DNA of 64,000 nt from Eledone cirrhosa (lineage: Eukaryota). The position numbers and the translations under genes were made by a program. Location of the stretch: assembly GCA_964016885.1 (NCBI GenBank), contig OZ024750.1, forward strand, positions 1,922,001 through 1,986,000, in the 5' to 3' direction. The stretch's first letter is position 1; each line of letters opens with the position of its first letter. The notes beneath the pieces are model-generated. The model was not told where the DNA came from. It ran no database searches and was given only the letters and a program-made list of their open reading frames with translations. Positions 1 through 11,716 of this stretch are shown piece by piece.

Positions 1-1069
1 TGTTTTGTTACCTGTTTTGTTACTTTGTTTTGTTTTGTGTTTTTTTTTTTTTTAATTACTAGATTCCATTCTCTTGCTTAAATTATTACCTTAGAAGAAA
101 AAAAAAGATATTTAGCTACTTGATTGAATCGAATTTACTTATCTCCAAATAATTACCAAGTAAAGAGTTTCCATTAGAAAGTGGTATTAATTATTTAAGT
201 TTCTCTTCCAATCAAAGAACGTTTTAAAAAAATCAAGTCGTCTCGAGTTTTCATTAAAACAAGTGCATAATTGGCAACTTTTAAAAGGAAAAAAATTATC
301 GGGTCTCGAAGCTAAATTAATGCATTTAAATGTTTAATTGATGTTTAGTAGATATTCAAGTACTTATTTCAGTAAATAAAGAATGCTTTTTATGACATCT
401 CTTTCGATGATTGAATATAAATTATTTTTTGTGAATTTCTTATATTTTATAGAGACAATGAGTTCACCCAAACTTAGAGTCGGTCAATATTTAGTTTTGT
501 TGCTAAAGAGTTATTTAAAACAAAGAGCTACTGTTACGTCAAAACTCTAAAGAGGTTCCAATCAGCAAAGCAACATCACTTAAGTGTCTAATACATTTGG
601 GAAAGGCATTAATATAACATCTTCCATTTTATCGATAACCACTAATAAAATATGACTTATTGAATTGTTTTTACTTCAGATGCCGCAGAAGACAACGTAT
701 CTTTTATCCTCTCAGGTTCGATAAAATAAGAAGTTCAAATACTGTACTAATACTGGGTCGCATCTGCTGTTTTAAAGAATAGGTGTAAGTTAAACTCGGC
801 TCAGGTTAACTTTGACAGACGTGACTAAGTTTTGAAATGCATTTAATGCATCGAATAATTACTTTGCCAACTCACTGCCTTTATTTTGAATTATAACATA
901 GATTTCTTTTCAACTGCATTATACACTTACACAATTAAACCATTGAATTCAACTATATTAAACAACCTAAACTTTGGCAATTTCATAAATCAACGCCAAC
1001 GTTTATGAAATTCAAAAGAATACCTTGTCTAATACGTAAATGTGATGTGTGTTGCTAAGACATTCGTTT

Positions 1070-1190
1070 AGTAACCAAATATCAGGTAAGATCCCTCTAT
1101 ACAACACATTAGGTCTTCTACCATGAATTCCGATCAACGAAAACCTTACGAGAGAGGTTTAGTAGACGGACACAGCTTGGAAGCCCATTG
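1070..1190 (+). mobile_element. Degenerate SINE, family B (tRNA/CORE-like)
   Basis: Resembles the reverse complement of copies at 5545-5695 and 55455-55565 (gtcttctac...ggtttagtagacggacac...gaagccc). Confidence 0.45.
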
Positions 1191-2179
1191 TTATTTCAGC
1201 TACATATATATATATATATATATAACTATTGATCCTTAACCTTAGTGGAACAGAGTGATTTTCATTTTTAAAGACCTTTGTATAGAATAATCTCTCTAAG
1301 TAGAACTTTTAAGCAATGTTGTGGACTAATGATATATTAATTATCCTAAATAGATCACCCCCTACCATACTAGCATTCAACTGGGACTTTTTCTAAACCT
1401 ACTTTTTAGTACTATCCTAGCTTGACGTTGTTTTAATATCAGCAATCTCAAAACAACTGATGTTTTCAGCACTAACTGACCGTAAATTCATAAATCGTAC
1501 TCAGCAAGTGAAGATGTAAACATACTGATCTTAGATTATTTAAACTGTTCTAGTCTGCACGTCACCTGCAGTTTGAATGAGAACGTTGAGAAAAGCAGAT
1601 GTGTTTCTGGTGTGCCAGTCTTCAGAAAGAGAATCATTTTGATAGCATAACGAAAGCTAATAATATATAGCGTTTCAGTGTTTTTCCCCCCACAGCTAAT
1701 CTCTAGTTTGGTGTATGAAAAAGTACTCTGAATAATACACAAGAATCAGATTATTTTCGACTAACGTGTATGTTGTCTGAGCGCGTATACGAATGTAGAT
1801 TTGGTTGACTGAAAATAGCATAGTGAAATAGTTTTACGAACAGAAAGAATTCAATGAAAAAAAATACACTAACGAAAGGAACATCATTGTAAATCAATTT
1901 TCTACAAACGTTCCAGTAATGTTGGCTTCGTTGTTAAAATTATATACCTTTCAGTGTGTCATGAACTAGCTGTCATTTCACAGAAGTATTGCCACGTTCA
2001 AGATTATTTTTAGTTAAGACATAATATATTCTGTAAATTCCCTTTCAAGCAATATTATTATAATTGTGCAAAGATAGTTATCATGTTTGTATCTATCTCA
2101 GGTAAACAAAAGACTATATTTAGCAAGCATGATAGGATTTGTGACTGCCGACCTAACTGTTTGCGTTTCATGGTCTCCA

Positions 2180-2325
2180 AGTCTAAAGTTAGACTCGAAC
2201 TCCGTGGCTCACCAGGCCGGTACTTATCCTGGTTTCCGTCGCATAAAACAATTGAGAGTACAAGACTCGTCCCAACCTCCCCTGGACAGGACGCCAGTCC
2301 ATCATAAGGTTAAACCTCCCGCTAT
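2180..2325 (-). mobile_element. SINE fragment, family C
   Basis: ggctcaccagg...gagagtacaagac...ggacgccagtccatc is shared with 27270-27335 and 55925-56110; the last copy continues into a CORE-like tgtgttcttg motif on the minus strand. Confidence 0.5.
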
Positions 2326-2774
2326 GACATCACATAAGCTGTGCTAATACGTCACACAATGTGTATTGTTGCGTTACAAACACACACACACGCATATATA
2401 TGTGAAGCATTCCCAGTTTAAAGACTGAGGAGATCACAACTAATATATTTTCCATGCTGATATTGTTTGGACAGGTTGTCGTGATCCAAGACAAGATATG
2501 GTCAGAGAACCATGTCTTGCTCACATGTTATATATTTTGACATGATACCCTTCTAAACACCAACCACTTTACAGAATGTAAAATATGTTTTATCATGGCA
2601 CTAACACAGCAATCCTACTTAACAGAGTGTACTGAGAGCATTTTATCATGGCACTAACACTGTTCAACTGTTTACTGAAAAAGATGAGCAGCTCAGCTTC
2701 ACTCAAGTTTTAGTCACTGTTGAAACTATCATCACAAGCTATTTACATTTCTCACAATCAATAGAAGAATACAT

Positions 2775-2982
2775 ACCAAATATACTTGAATATAAGTCGA
2801 CCTGAATAGAAGCCCTCCCCCCTATTTCAAGCCTGAGAAATAGGCAGAAATCAAAATACCGTTTATAAGCCAAGGCAGCTCATTGACACGTTTAGATGGT
2901 GAATATAAGCTGACACCCCGCCACTAATTTTACTATTGACCTTTTGGTCTCATATTACTCGGCTTATATTTGAATATATACA
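2775..2982. mobile_element. Tc2/pogo-type MITE
   Basis: Imperfect TIRs ccaaatatacttgaatataagtcga ... tcggcttatatttgaatatatac. Relatives at 5975-6090 and 53775-53998. Confidence 0.6.
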
Positions 2983-3237
2983 TTAAATAATTATGGCTTA
3001 TATACATCTATAAAATGTGTGTGTTTAGACATATTTCCCATGGCTTTCATTAAATCCTATATTTGTGTACAGATGAGAATGTATGTCATACTTGTATTAT
3101 TTAATATATAAAGAGATTAACTAACACTTTAAGCACTAAAATTGTGCAAATAGACAGACCCAGTTCTTTGTTATTGTCACATTTGGTGGGTATATATAAA
3201 ATCTTCTTCGTGGATTGTGAAAGATGTAGATAACCTC

Positions 3238-3455
3238 TTAACCCTTTAGCATTTAAGCCGGCCCTATCTGGTCTGAAGTCTCTCACCTCTTTCTGTTCAA
3301 ACCGGCTGCTCATACTGATGTTAAGGTATGGTTCTCAAAATAAATAATATCCAAATCTTGGAGGTTCAATATTATGTGGGATAATTATGTGAGATAAAGT
3401 GTTTACCGTGAAAATACAATAGTAAATATAGAGTAATGTAAATAGTAAAGGGTTA
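3238..3455. mobile_element. piggyBac-like MITE
   Basis: ttaa-ccctttagcattt ... aaatagtaaaggg-tta. The same end occurs inverted at about 46930-47000, and a similar CCC/GGG-TTAA element at about 61935-62110. Confidence 0.55.
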
Positions 3456-3517
3456 TGATAGTCTCAATAAAACTGAATATCGAGACAAGCTGTTCGTCTT
3501 TTTCAATACAGAGAAAT

Positions 3518-3885
3518 ACTGGGACATCCCATAAATATTGCAGTTTTTTATATTTCTTTTATTGTTAAAAATTAAGATAAACTACACCTTTCAAAGTTTG
3601 CACTAAGAATGAGGACAAGGTGAATTTAATACCTGCTTTTATAGCAAGTTTATGTGCATCTTTATCCTCACTGACATTTAATGCATGCAATTGAAAAAAA
3701 TTGCATTATTTATAGGAATTGGCAGTATAGAGTTATGGCCCTTTATGATCTGAGTTCAAAACCCACCGAGGTTAACTTTGTTTTTCATCCTTTTGGGGTC
3801 AATAAAATAAAGCACCAGTAATACACTGGGGTAATTGCTGGCCTTGTGCCAAAAGTAGAAACAATTATTTATGGGCTTACTCAGT
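3518..3885. mobile_element. Tc1/mariner-type MITE with a SINE inserted in its right TIR
   Basis: Left end tactgggacatcccataaatattgcagttttt. Right end reassembles as aaaaattgcattatttat|gggcttactcagta once the SINE is removed; attatttat is duplicated; TA termini. Confidence 0.65.
3715..3865 (+). mobile_element. SINE family A (tRNA-derived)
   Basis: B-box gagttcaaaaccc, body gaggttaactttg..tttcatcc..ggggtcaataaaataaag, 3' end ggccttgtgccaaaagtagaaacaatta. Confidence 0.85.
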
Positions 3886-3913
3886 ACAAAGGATAAGACA
3901 TGTTTAAAGATAT

Positions 3914-4026
3914 AATTGTTTCTACTTTAGGCACAAGGCCAGCAATTACTCCAGTGCATTACTGGTACTCTATTTTATCGACCCCGTAAGGATGAAGGGC
4001 AAAGTCAACCTCGGCGGGATTTGAAC
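3914..4026 (-). mobile_element. SINE family A, 5'-truncated
   Basis: Reverse complement of the family A body; flanked by direct repeat aaagatataat. Confidence 0.85.
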
Positions 4027-4150
4027 AAAGATATAATGTGTATATATACACATTTCTGGCAGCTTCAGTTAAATCTTGTTTGTGTGCAAATATAAAACCA
4101 TAATATGCTTAGTTGCTTAGTGCACAATTTCATATGTTTGTGTGTATATG

Positions 4151-4219
<69 letters not shown>

Positions 4220-4536
4220 GTGTGTGTGTGTGTATATATATATATATAGGCAAATGAATGAGTGAATGAAAGAGTTACAAGCCGTTAAAACATTTCTTTA
4301 TATAGCTCTGACACTATTGCCATTTAGTATTCTGTATCGCAGTTCTTTGTATCTCTCTGCTTCATCCTCTCCTGCGATACTTTAACCCTATTATATATAT
4401 TATTCTAGATGGGGATAGTGGGAGTTTTGGCACTATGCAGTGTCATTCTGTCTGAGAATTGGTGCACCTCTACCAATTCTGCCAATTTACCAGCCTTCTA
4501 TATTCCCTAATATTATAATCTATATAGAATATTATG

Positions 4537-4675
4537 GTCAGGTCAGGCCTCTGCCTGTTACTGATACCATGTAACCCAGTACAAACTGCTTCATGGTTGA
4601 GTGGTCGACAACCAGCAGCACACAAAAGGTTTTTAAAAGGATGGAGAAACTCTTGAGAGTCAACGGCCATCCATC
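4537..4675 (+). mobile_element. Diverged RTE-type 5' leader related to the 610-bp element
   Basis: gtcaggtca...tactga..catgta.cccagtacaa.ctg..tcatggt and ctcttgagagtcaacggccatcc match 7150-7340. Confidence 0.55.
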
Positions 4676-5003
4676 ACTAACTATGAGTTAAATAGCTTCA
4701 CCATGAGATAACCAAATAGAAAGTGAAAGAGGTCAACCGGTAAGGGATTCTGTCAACAGCAGCGAGAAGGCCCTGAACTGGATTTGATAGAATCCCACAT
4801 AAATTGAGAAGAATAAATATTGAGGCTTTACCAAGATCATAGTATAAAGCAAAAATTAACCCACAGATAAAATATAAATGGAATTAACTATAAATATTTC
4901 CTGTAGAATTATTTTAAAATCCAGCACTGAAAATGTTACTAGGACTCCAATGAACCATTGCAACTTCTACAAAGTATACGAATAATATTCCACTACTACA
5001 ATC

Positions 5004-5057
5004 ATACATATTCTGAAGATGGGGTATGAAGGTCTCGAAACATTAATAGATATGTAT
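5004..5057 (+). ncRNA. Minimal hammerhead ribozyme-like motif in a probable Penelope-like terminus
   Basis: tatt-CTGAAGA-t-gggg-tatgaagg-tctc-GAAAC-att-aata; stem I tatt/aata, extendable via atacat/atgtat; followed by aataaa and a (CA)n/(TA)n tract. Confidence 0.5.
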
Positions 5058-5146
5058 TGTTCTAAAACCAAACAGAGACCTAATAAAAAAAATATGAAAA
5101 TTCATGAATTAAATTGATCAAACATGAACACAGTCATGTTTTTAAT

Positions 5147-5345
<199 letters not shown>

Positions 5346-5356
5346 ATATATATATA

Positions 5357-5440
5357 TACAGGATGTCCTCCAAAAAATGTATACACACTTCAACAGCATT
5401 CTAATAAGTATGTGCATACACTTTTGTGGACACCCTGTAT
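5357..5440. mobile_element. Small Tc1/mariner MITE
   Basis: ta-caggatgtcc...ggacaccctg-ta. Relatives at 34736-34840 (inverted) and about 38289-38370. Confidence 0.7.
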
Positions 5441-6466
5441 ATATATGTGTGTAGTTACAAAAGAAAGGAAAGACCAGCCAACACGTGTTATCGACAATTT
5501 ATAAACACACACAGTCACAGACACACAGACACACATTTACAGCAGGCTTCCATGCCATTTCTGTCAACCAAATCCCACCTTAGCGGAGGCTATAACAGAA
5601 GATACTTGTGCAATACTTAAGGTACAACGGAGATGGACCGAATCTAAAGAAAGATGGCTGCAAAGTGAACTTCAAACCAATACAGCCATGCTTGTGTCTG
5701 TACACACGTGTATTTCATATATATCATTTGATACATAAAATACTCTATATCTCTGTTATATAGAAACGAGTGTCAAAGAAGTGGTCGATACTGCAACAAC
5801 ATAAACACAATAGAGTTTATGTAAATGTGTCAGCAGTCATACATTTTAATATACTGGGAGACAACACAGTTTATAGTAGTAGACACTGAAATAAATATCT
5901 AATTAACATTGCTCTTTAATTATATATAGTTACTTTGCTGAATACTAAACCACTGTTATTCCTTGGTATATGTACCATATATACTCAAATATAAGGTGAT
6001 CCAAATATACATCCACCCCTATTCTATGTCTGAGAAATTGTCAAAAATCCAAACCCGATAATAAGCCAAGGCACCTAATCAACCCAGTATGTTTAACATA
6101 GTTTTGAAGTTCTCATGAGTATAAAATATGTTTATGAAGTTTTAATATTTTGATGCTTAAAATGTTTTAAATTATGTTGTTCAAAATATAGTTTTTGTTT
6201 CACATCTCCATTATGTAATGTTTGTTTACTATTTCATATGGGACTAGTTTGAAAGCAAGGGATCGAATAAGACAACTTTGTATAGGGATTCACGGAGTAG
6301 AAGAGGGAGGGAGACACAGTGAGAAAGAGAGAGGGGGGAGAAAGAGAGAGAGAGAGAGAGAGAGAGAATGAGAGCAATAAAACAAGTCAGAAGTAAGATT
6401 TCAATCTTACATAAGATTGAAAGAAAAGGTATTAAGTCAACTATGATGTTGTGGGGGAGAAGTATA

Positions 6467-6728
6467 CGTGAAATGACAATGGCTCAGTTACCCTTACTGA
6501 GGCCAAGAAGAAGGGAACATGAAATGACAATGGCTCAGTTACCCTTACTGAGGCCAAGAAGAAGGGAACATGAAATGACAATGGCTCAGTTACCCTTACT
6601 GAGGCCAAGAAGAAGAGAACATGAAATAACAATGGCTCAGTTACCCTTACTGAGGCCAAGAAGCAGGGAACATGAAATAACAATGGCTCAGTTACCCTTA
6701 CTGAGGCCAAGAAGCAGGGAACATGAAA
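6467..6728. repeat. 51-bp tandem repeat, 5 copies
   Basis: Unit catgaaatgacaatggctcagttacccttactgaggccaagaagaagggaa; 17-aa period in the ORF track. Confidence 0.95.
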
Positions 6729-7149
6729 GTGTGACTATGAGAGGTTGATGAATGTGGAAAAGGCTTGGGGGTGTGAGGAGGGTCTACCCCAAGTAAACCT
6801 AACTAAGGGGTTAGCCATAGAGTTGACAGCAATAGGTCAGAGAAGGGCAATTAAGGAAATGAAGAGAAGACAGTTGGTCCTTTGGTGATTGTTGCTGAGT
6901 TTTTTAAACTATCTGGTGCAGCAGAACAGAGACTGGTGAGTGTATAGTAAAGGAAATGGTGCAGGAAGGTGTATATATATGTATGTATATATGCATGTAT
7001 ATATGTATATATGCATATATGTATATATGCATATATGTGTATACACTTAAGCAACATGCTTTGGTGGATATATATACACACACATATATATATATACATA
7101 TATATATATGTGTGTGCGTATGTATATATATATATATATATATATGTAT

Positions 7150-7757
7150 GTCAGGTCACCACTTGGTGCTACTGGTAACATGTATCCCAGTACAACCTGT
7201 CTCATGGTCGGATCGTTGGCGACTAAACTGGCAACCCCACCAAGGTTTCTTGGTGAGGAGGGTGACTTTGGACATCCTGCAGGACTAAAAACAAAACCTG
7301 TCAAAGGGCAAAGGAGCTCTTAAGAGTCAATGGCCATCCAAAATCAGTGGGAGAGATGACCCCTTAGCCTTTGTCAAGGCAGAATTCTAGGAGAAGGAAA
7401 ACTCTGATATAACACCTGCAACCCTGATGGTATCCAATGATGTTGACTTGTTCTTCTTTTTGGTAAATATCATCTTGGTTAAGAGAGTGGGACTGGCTTT
7501 GTGCAGTGCCTTTGCTCACTATAAAAGCTTCACGGCACAGGCATTGCTTTATATCTGGAGATCTCTCTGCACTTGTCGTCACATGGAACCATGGGCCCAG
7601 CACTATGTGTCAATAATTGTCACAAGTGTAGTGTTTGTACCAGAGTTTTCAAGTCGCTGGCTAGACTAAAAAGTCACACTCATACAACGCATCGGTAAGG
7701 GTTCTCCTACAGGGATATAAAGTAGTGGCCGTACTCGAAAACGAGTTGGCAGCCACC

Positions 7758-7759
<2 letters not shown>
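7150..7759 (+). mobile_element. 610-bp non-autonomous bipartite RTE-derived retroposon, copy 1
   Basis: Collinear, same-length copy at 32443-33052; RTE 5'-UTR-like motif ctaggagaaggaaaactctga; C2H2 remnant at 7618-7698; 3' end tactc..gagttggcagccaccat matches the RTE fragment at 24390; embedded in (TA)n/(ATGT)n. Confidence 0.8.
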
Positions 7760-7790
<31 letters not shown>

Positions 7791-8181
7791 CCTATGTATA
7801 TATATATATGTGTATATATATATTTAACTATATATATGTGTGTGTGTGTGTATGTGTGTGTATATATATGTGTGTGTGTGTGTATGTATATATGTGTGTG
7901 TATGTTTATGTGTTTATATGTTTGTTTGCATGTGCATGCATATGTATATATATGCACATACTCATTGTTACATTGTAACACAAAAAAAATAAACCCCACA
8001 CCTGCACATCTATAGTCATTTACTAGTTTCAGTCATTAAACTGCAGACGTGCAGAGACACTAGCTTCCAGCGTTTCAACGACACTATCAGATTTAGTACA
8101 GTACTTATGTCACCAGACAATGTCTATCAAACCGGGAAGTTGCAGAGAAAAGATAAGAAAACATATTAAATCATACACAGA

Positions 8182-8362
8182 TGGCAGTGGATTGGCAGTA
8201 GAGGGTCGGACGTCATGCTTTACAGCATAGAGTTACGGCCCTTGCTATTCTGAGTTCAAATCCCGCCAAGGTTAACTTTGTCTTTCATCCTTACGCGGTC
8301 GATAAAATAAAGTACCAGTAATGTACTGGGTAATTGCTGGCCTTGTGCCAAAAGTAGAAACA
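8182..8362 (+). mobile_element. SINE family A, full length
   Basis: A-box-like tggcagtggattggcag and B-box gagttcaaatccc; 17-bp TSD attaaatcatacacaga (8165-8181 and 8363-8379). Confidence 0.9.
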
Positions 8363-8427
8363 ATTAAATCATACACAGAATCTCTCTCGCTCTCACACAC
8401 ACACACACACACGGACACACATACACA

Positions 8428-8496
<69 letters not shown>

Positions 8497-8625
8497 ATAC
8501 ATACACACACATACACACACAAACACACACATACACACACACACGCATAAACATATGACTAACTTAAGTAGTTTCCGTTTAACAAATTCCATTTTGCCGG
8601 TTATGTCAAGACAGAATCCACGTGG

Positions 8626-10506
8626 CCTCAAGTGCCTCATACAACGGTGTACCTCAAGTGCCTCATACAACGGTGTACCTCAAGTGCCTCATACAACGGT
8701 GTACCTCAAGTGCCTCATACAACGGTGTACCTCAAGTGCCTCATACAACGGTGTACCTCAAGTGCCTCATACAACGGTGTACCTCAAGTGCCTAATACAA
8801 CGGTGTACCTCAAGTACCTAATACAACGGTGTACCTCAAGTGCCTAATACAACGGTGTACCTCAAGTGCCTCATACAACGGTGTACCTCAAGTGCCTCAT
8901 ACAACGGTGTACCTCAAGTGCCTAATACAACGGTGTACCTCAAGTGCCTAATACAACGGTGTACCTCAAGTGCCTCATACAACGGTGTACCTCAAGTGCC
9001 TCATACAACGGTGTACCTCAAGTGCCTAATACAACGGTGTACCTCAAGTACCTAATACAACGGTGTACCTCTGGTGCCTCATACAACGGTGTACCTCAAG
9101 TACCTAATACAACGGTGTACCTCAAGTGCCTCATACAACGGTGTACCTCTGGTGCCTCATACAACGGTGTACCTCTGGTGCCTCATACAACGGTGTACCT
9201 CAAGTGCCTCATACAACGGTGTACCTCTGGTGCCTCATACAACGGTGTACCTCAAGTGCCTCATACAACGGTGTATCTCTGGTGCCTCATACAACGGTGT
9301 ACCTCAAGTGCCTCATACAACGGTGTACCTCTGGTGCCTCATACAACGGTGTACCTCAAGTGCCTCATACAACGGTGTACCTCAAGTGCCTCATACAACG
9401 GTGTACCTCTGGTGCCTCATACAACGGTGTACCTCAAGTGCCTCATACAACGGTGTACCTCTGGTGCCTCATACAACGGTGTACCTCTGGTGCCTCATAC
9501 AACGGTGTACCTCAAGTGCCTCATACAACGGTGTACCTCTGGTGCCTCATACAACGGTGTACCTCTGGTGCCTTATACAACGGTGTACCTCAAGTGCCTC
9601 ATACAACGGTGTACCTCTGGTGCCTCATACAACGGTGTACCTCAAGTGCCTCATACAACGGTGTACCTCAAGTGCCTCATACAACGGTGTACCTCAAGTA
9701 CCTAATACAACGGTGTACCTCAAGTGCCTCATACAACGGTGTACCTCTGGTGCCTCATACAACGGTGTACCTCTGGTGCCTCATACAACGGTGTACCTCA
9801 AGTGCCTCATACAACGGTGTACCTCTGGTGCCTCATACAACGGTGTACCTCAAGTGCCTCATACAACGGTGTACCTCTGGTGCCTCATACAACGGTGTAC
9901 CTCTGGTGCCTCATACAACGGTGTACCTCAAGTGCCTCATACAACGGTGTACCTCTGGTGCCTCATACAACGGTGTACCTCAAGTGCCTCATACAACGGT
10001 GTACCTCTGGTGCCTCATACAACGGTGTACCTCAAGTGCCTCATACAACGGTGTACCTCTGGTGCCTCATACAACGGTGTACCTCTGGTGCCTCATACAA
10101 CGGTGTACCTCAAGTGCCTCATACAACGGTGTACCTCTGGTGCCTCATACAACGGTGTACCTCAAGTGCCTAATACAACGGTGCACCTCAAGTGCCTAAT
10201 ACAACGGTGCACCTCAAGTGCCTAATACAACGGTGTACCTCTGGTGCCTCATACAACGGTGTACCTCAAGTGCCTCATACAACGGTGTACCTCAAGTGCC
10301 TCATACAACGGTGTACCTCAAGTGCCTAATACAACGGTGTACCTCTGGTGCCTCATACAACGGTGTACCTCAAGTGCCTCATACAACGGTGTACCTCTGG
10401 TGCCTCATACAACGGTGTACCTCAAGTGCCTCATACAACGGTGTACCTCAAGTGCCTAATACAACGGTGCACCTCAAGTGCCTCATACAACGGTGCACCT
10501 CTGGTG
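8626..10506. repeat. 26-bp minisatellite, about 72 copies
   Basis: Unit cctc(aa/tg)gtgcctcatacaacggtgta; no unique spacers. Confidence 0.98.
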
Positions 10507-10589
10507 GCACCAAATAGTGAGGAATTGAACCTCTTAATTACACCTGCCTCTTCAATACCATACGACGCATACATGTGTGTGTATATATA

Positions 10590-10703
<114 letters not shown>

Positions 10704-10704
10704 T

Positions 10705-10971
10705 ATACATCTATCTATCTAAGGCGGGTAAAATTCCCGAGATCCATGGACGAGTTCTCTCCAGCGGTCTCTGTCCCTCATTATCGCTGCCATGTCCTGC
10801 ATCTCCAACAGACCAGTGTCTGTCCTTAGGGCATCAACATATGTTAACCTTGGTCTTCCTCTTCTAGCGTGTCCATGTAGGGGCTCCCACAGGAGCACTG
10901 AGTGCAATGTCAACTCTGGATGTCGGTGAGCATGTCCAGCCAACCTCAGTCTCCTCTGTGTCACTTTTGAG

Positions 10972-10972
<1 letters not shown>
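10705..10972 (-). mobile_element. RTE-clade LINE 3' fragment
   Basis: [14 protein letters not shown]...[13 protein letters not shown]...MRDRDRWR is typical of RTE ORF C-termini; (TAGA)n tail; inserted in (TA)n. Confidence 0.85.
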
Positions 10973-11033
<61 letters not shown>

Positions 11034-11192
11034 CATATATATACATATATATATATACATATATATATATGTATATATATATACATATATATATATGTAT
11101 ATATATATACATATATATATATGTATATATATATATACATATATATATATGTATATATATATATACATATATATATATGTATATATATATAC

Positions 11193-11253
<61 letters not shown>

Positions 11254-11260
11254 GTATATA

Positions 11261-11306
<46 letters not shown>

Positions 11307-11473
11307 TATATATATATATGTTTATATATTATATATATATATGTATATATATATATTATATATATATATGTATATATATTATATATATATATATATGTGT
11401 ATGTATATATATATGTGTATATATATATATGTGTGTGTATGTATATATATATATATATACATGTGTAGGTATG

Positions 11474-11523
<50 letters not shown>

Positions 11524-11622
11524 ATATATATATATGTAAAAGGTAAACAGAAATAACAACACAATCAGTACAGTATATGGAAGGGATATATCAGGTTAAC
11601 ACTTGATATAGCAGGAAGGGGG

Positions 11623-11658
11623 TCTTAACGTTTCGGACGTTAGTCTTTCATCAGAAGA
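11623..11658 (-). ncRNA. Minimal hammerhead ribozyme motif (Penelope-type)
   Basis: Minus strand tctt-CTGATGA-aa-gac-taac-gtc-c-GAAAC-GTT-aaga: intact core, stem II gac/gtc, palindromic AACGTT in place of stem III, stem I tctt/aaga. Confidence 0.65.
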
Positions 11659-11716
11659 AAGAATGAGAAATAAGATAGATTGAGGGGACGGGTGGGTTGG
11701 AATTGGAAATAAATGT

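Noticed and set aside
1595-1630. Hammerhead motif on the minus strand (ctgaaga-c-tgg-caca-cca-gaaac)
   Set aside because: No stem I complementarity and no usable stem III; probably chance.
7364-7669. Duplicated small genes (79-80 aa ORFs repeated at 32657-32953)
   Set aside because: They lie within the 610-bp repeat; the informative frame is the zinc-finger remnant.
8626-10506. CRISPR array or repeat protein (long ORFs in three frames)
   Set aside because: Contiguous tandem units with no unique spacers and no cas genes; the ORFs come from a mostly stop-free 26-bp unit.
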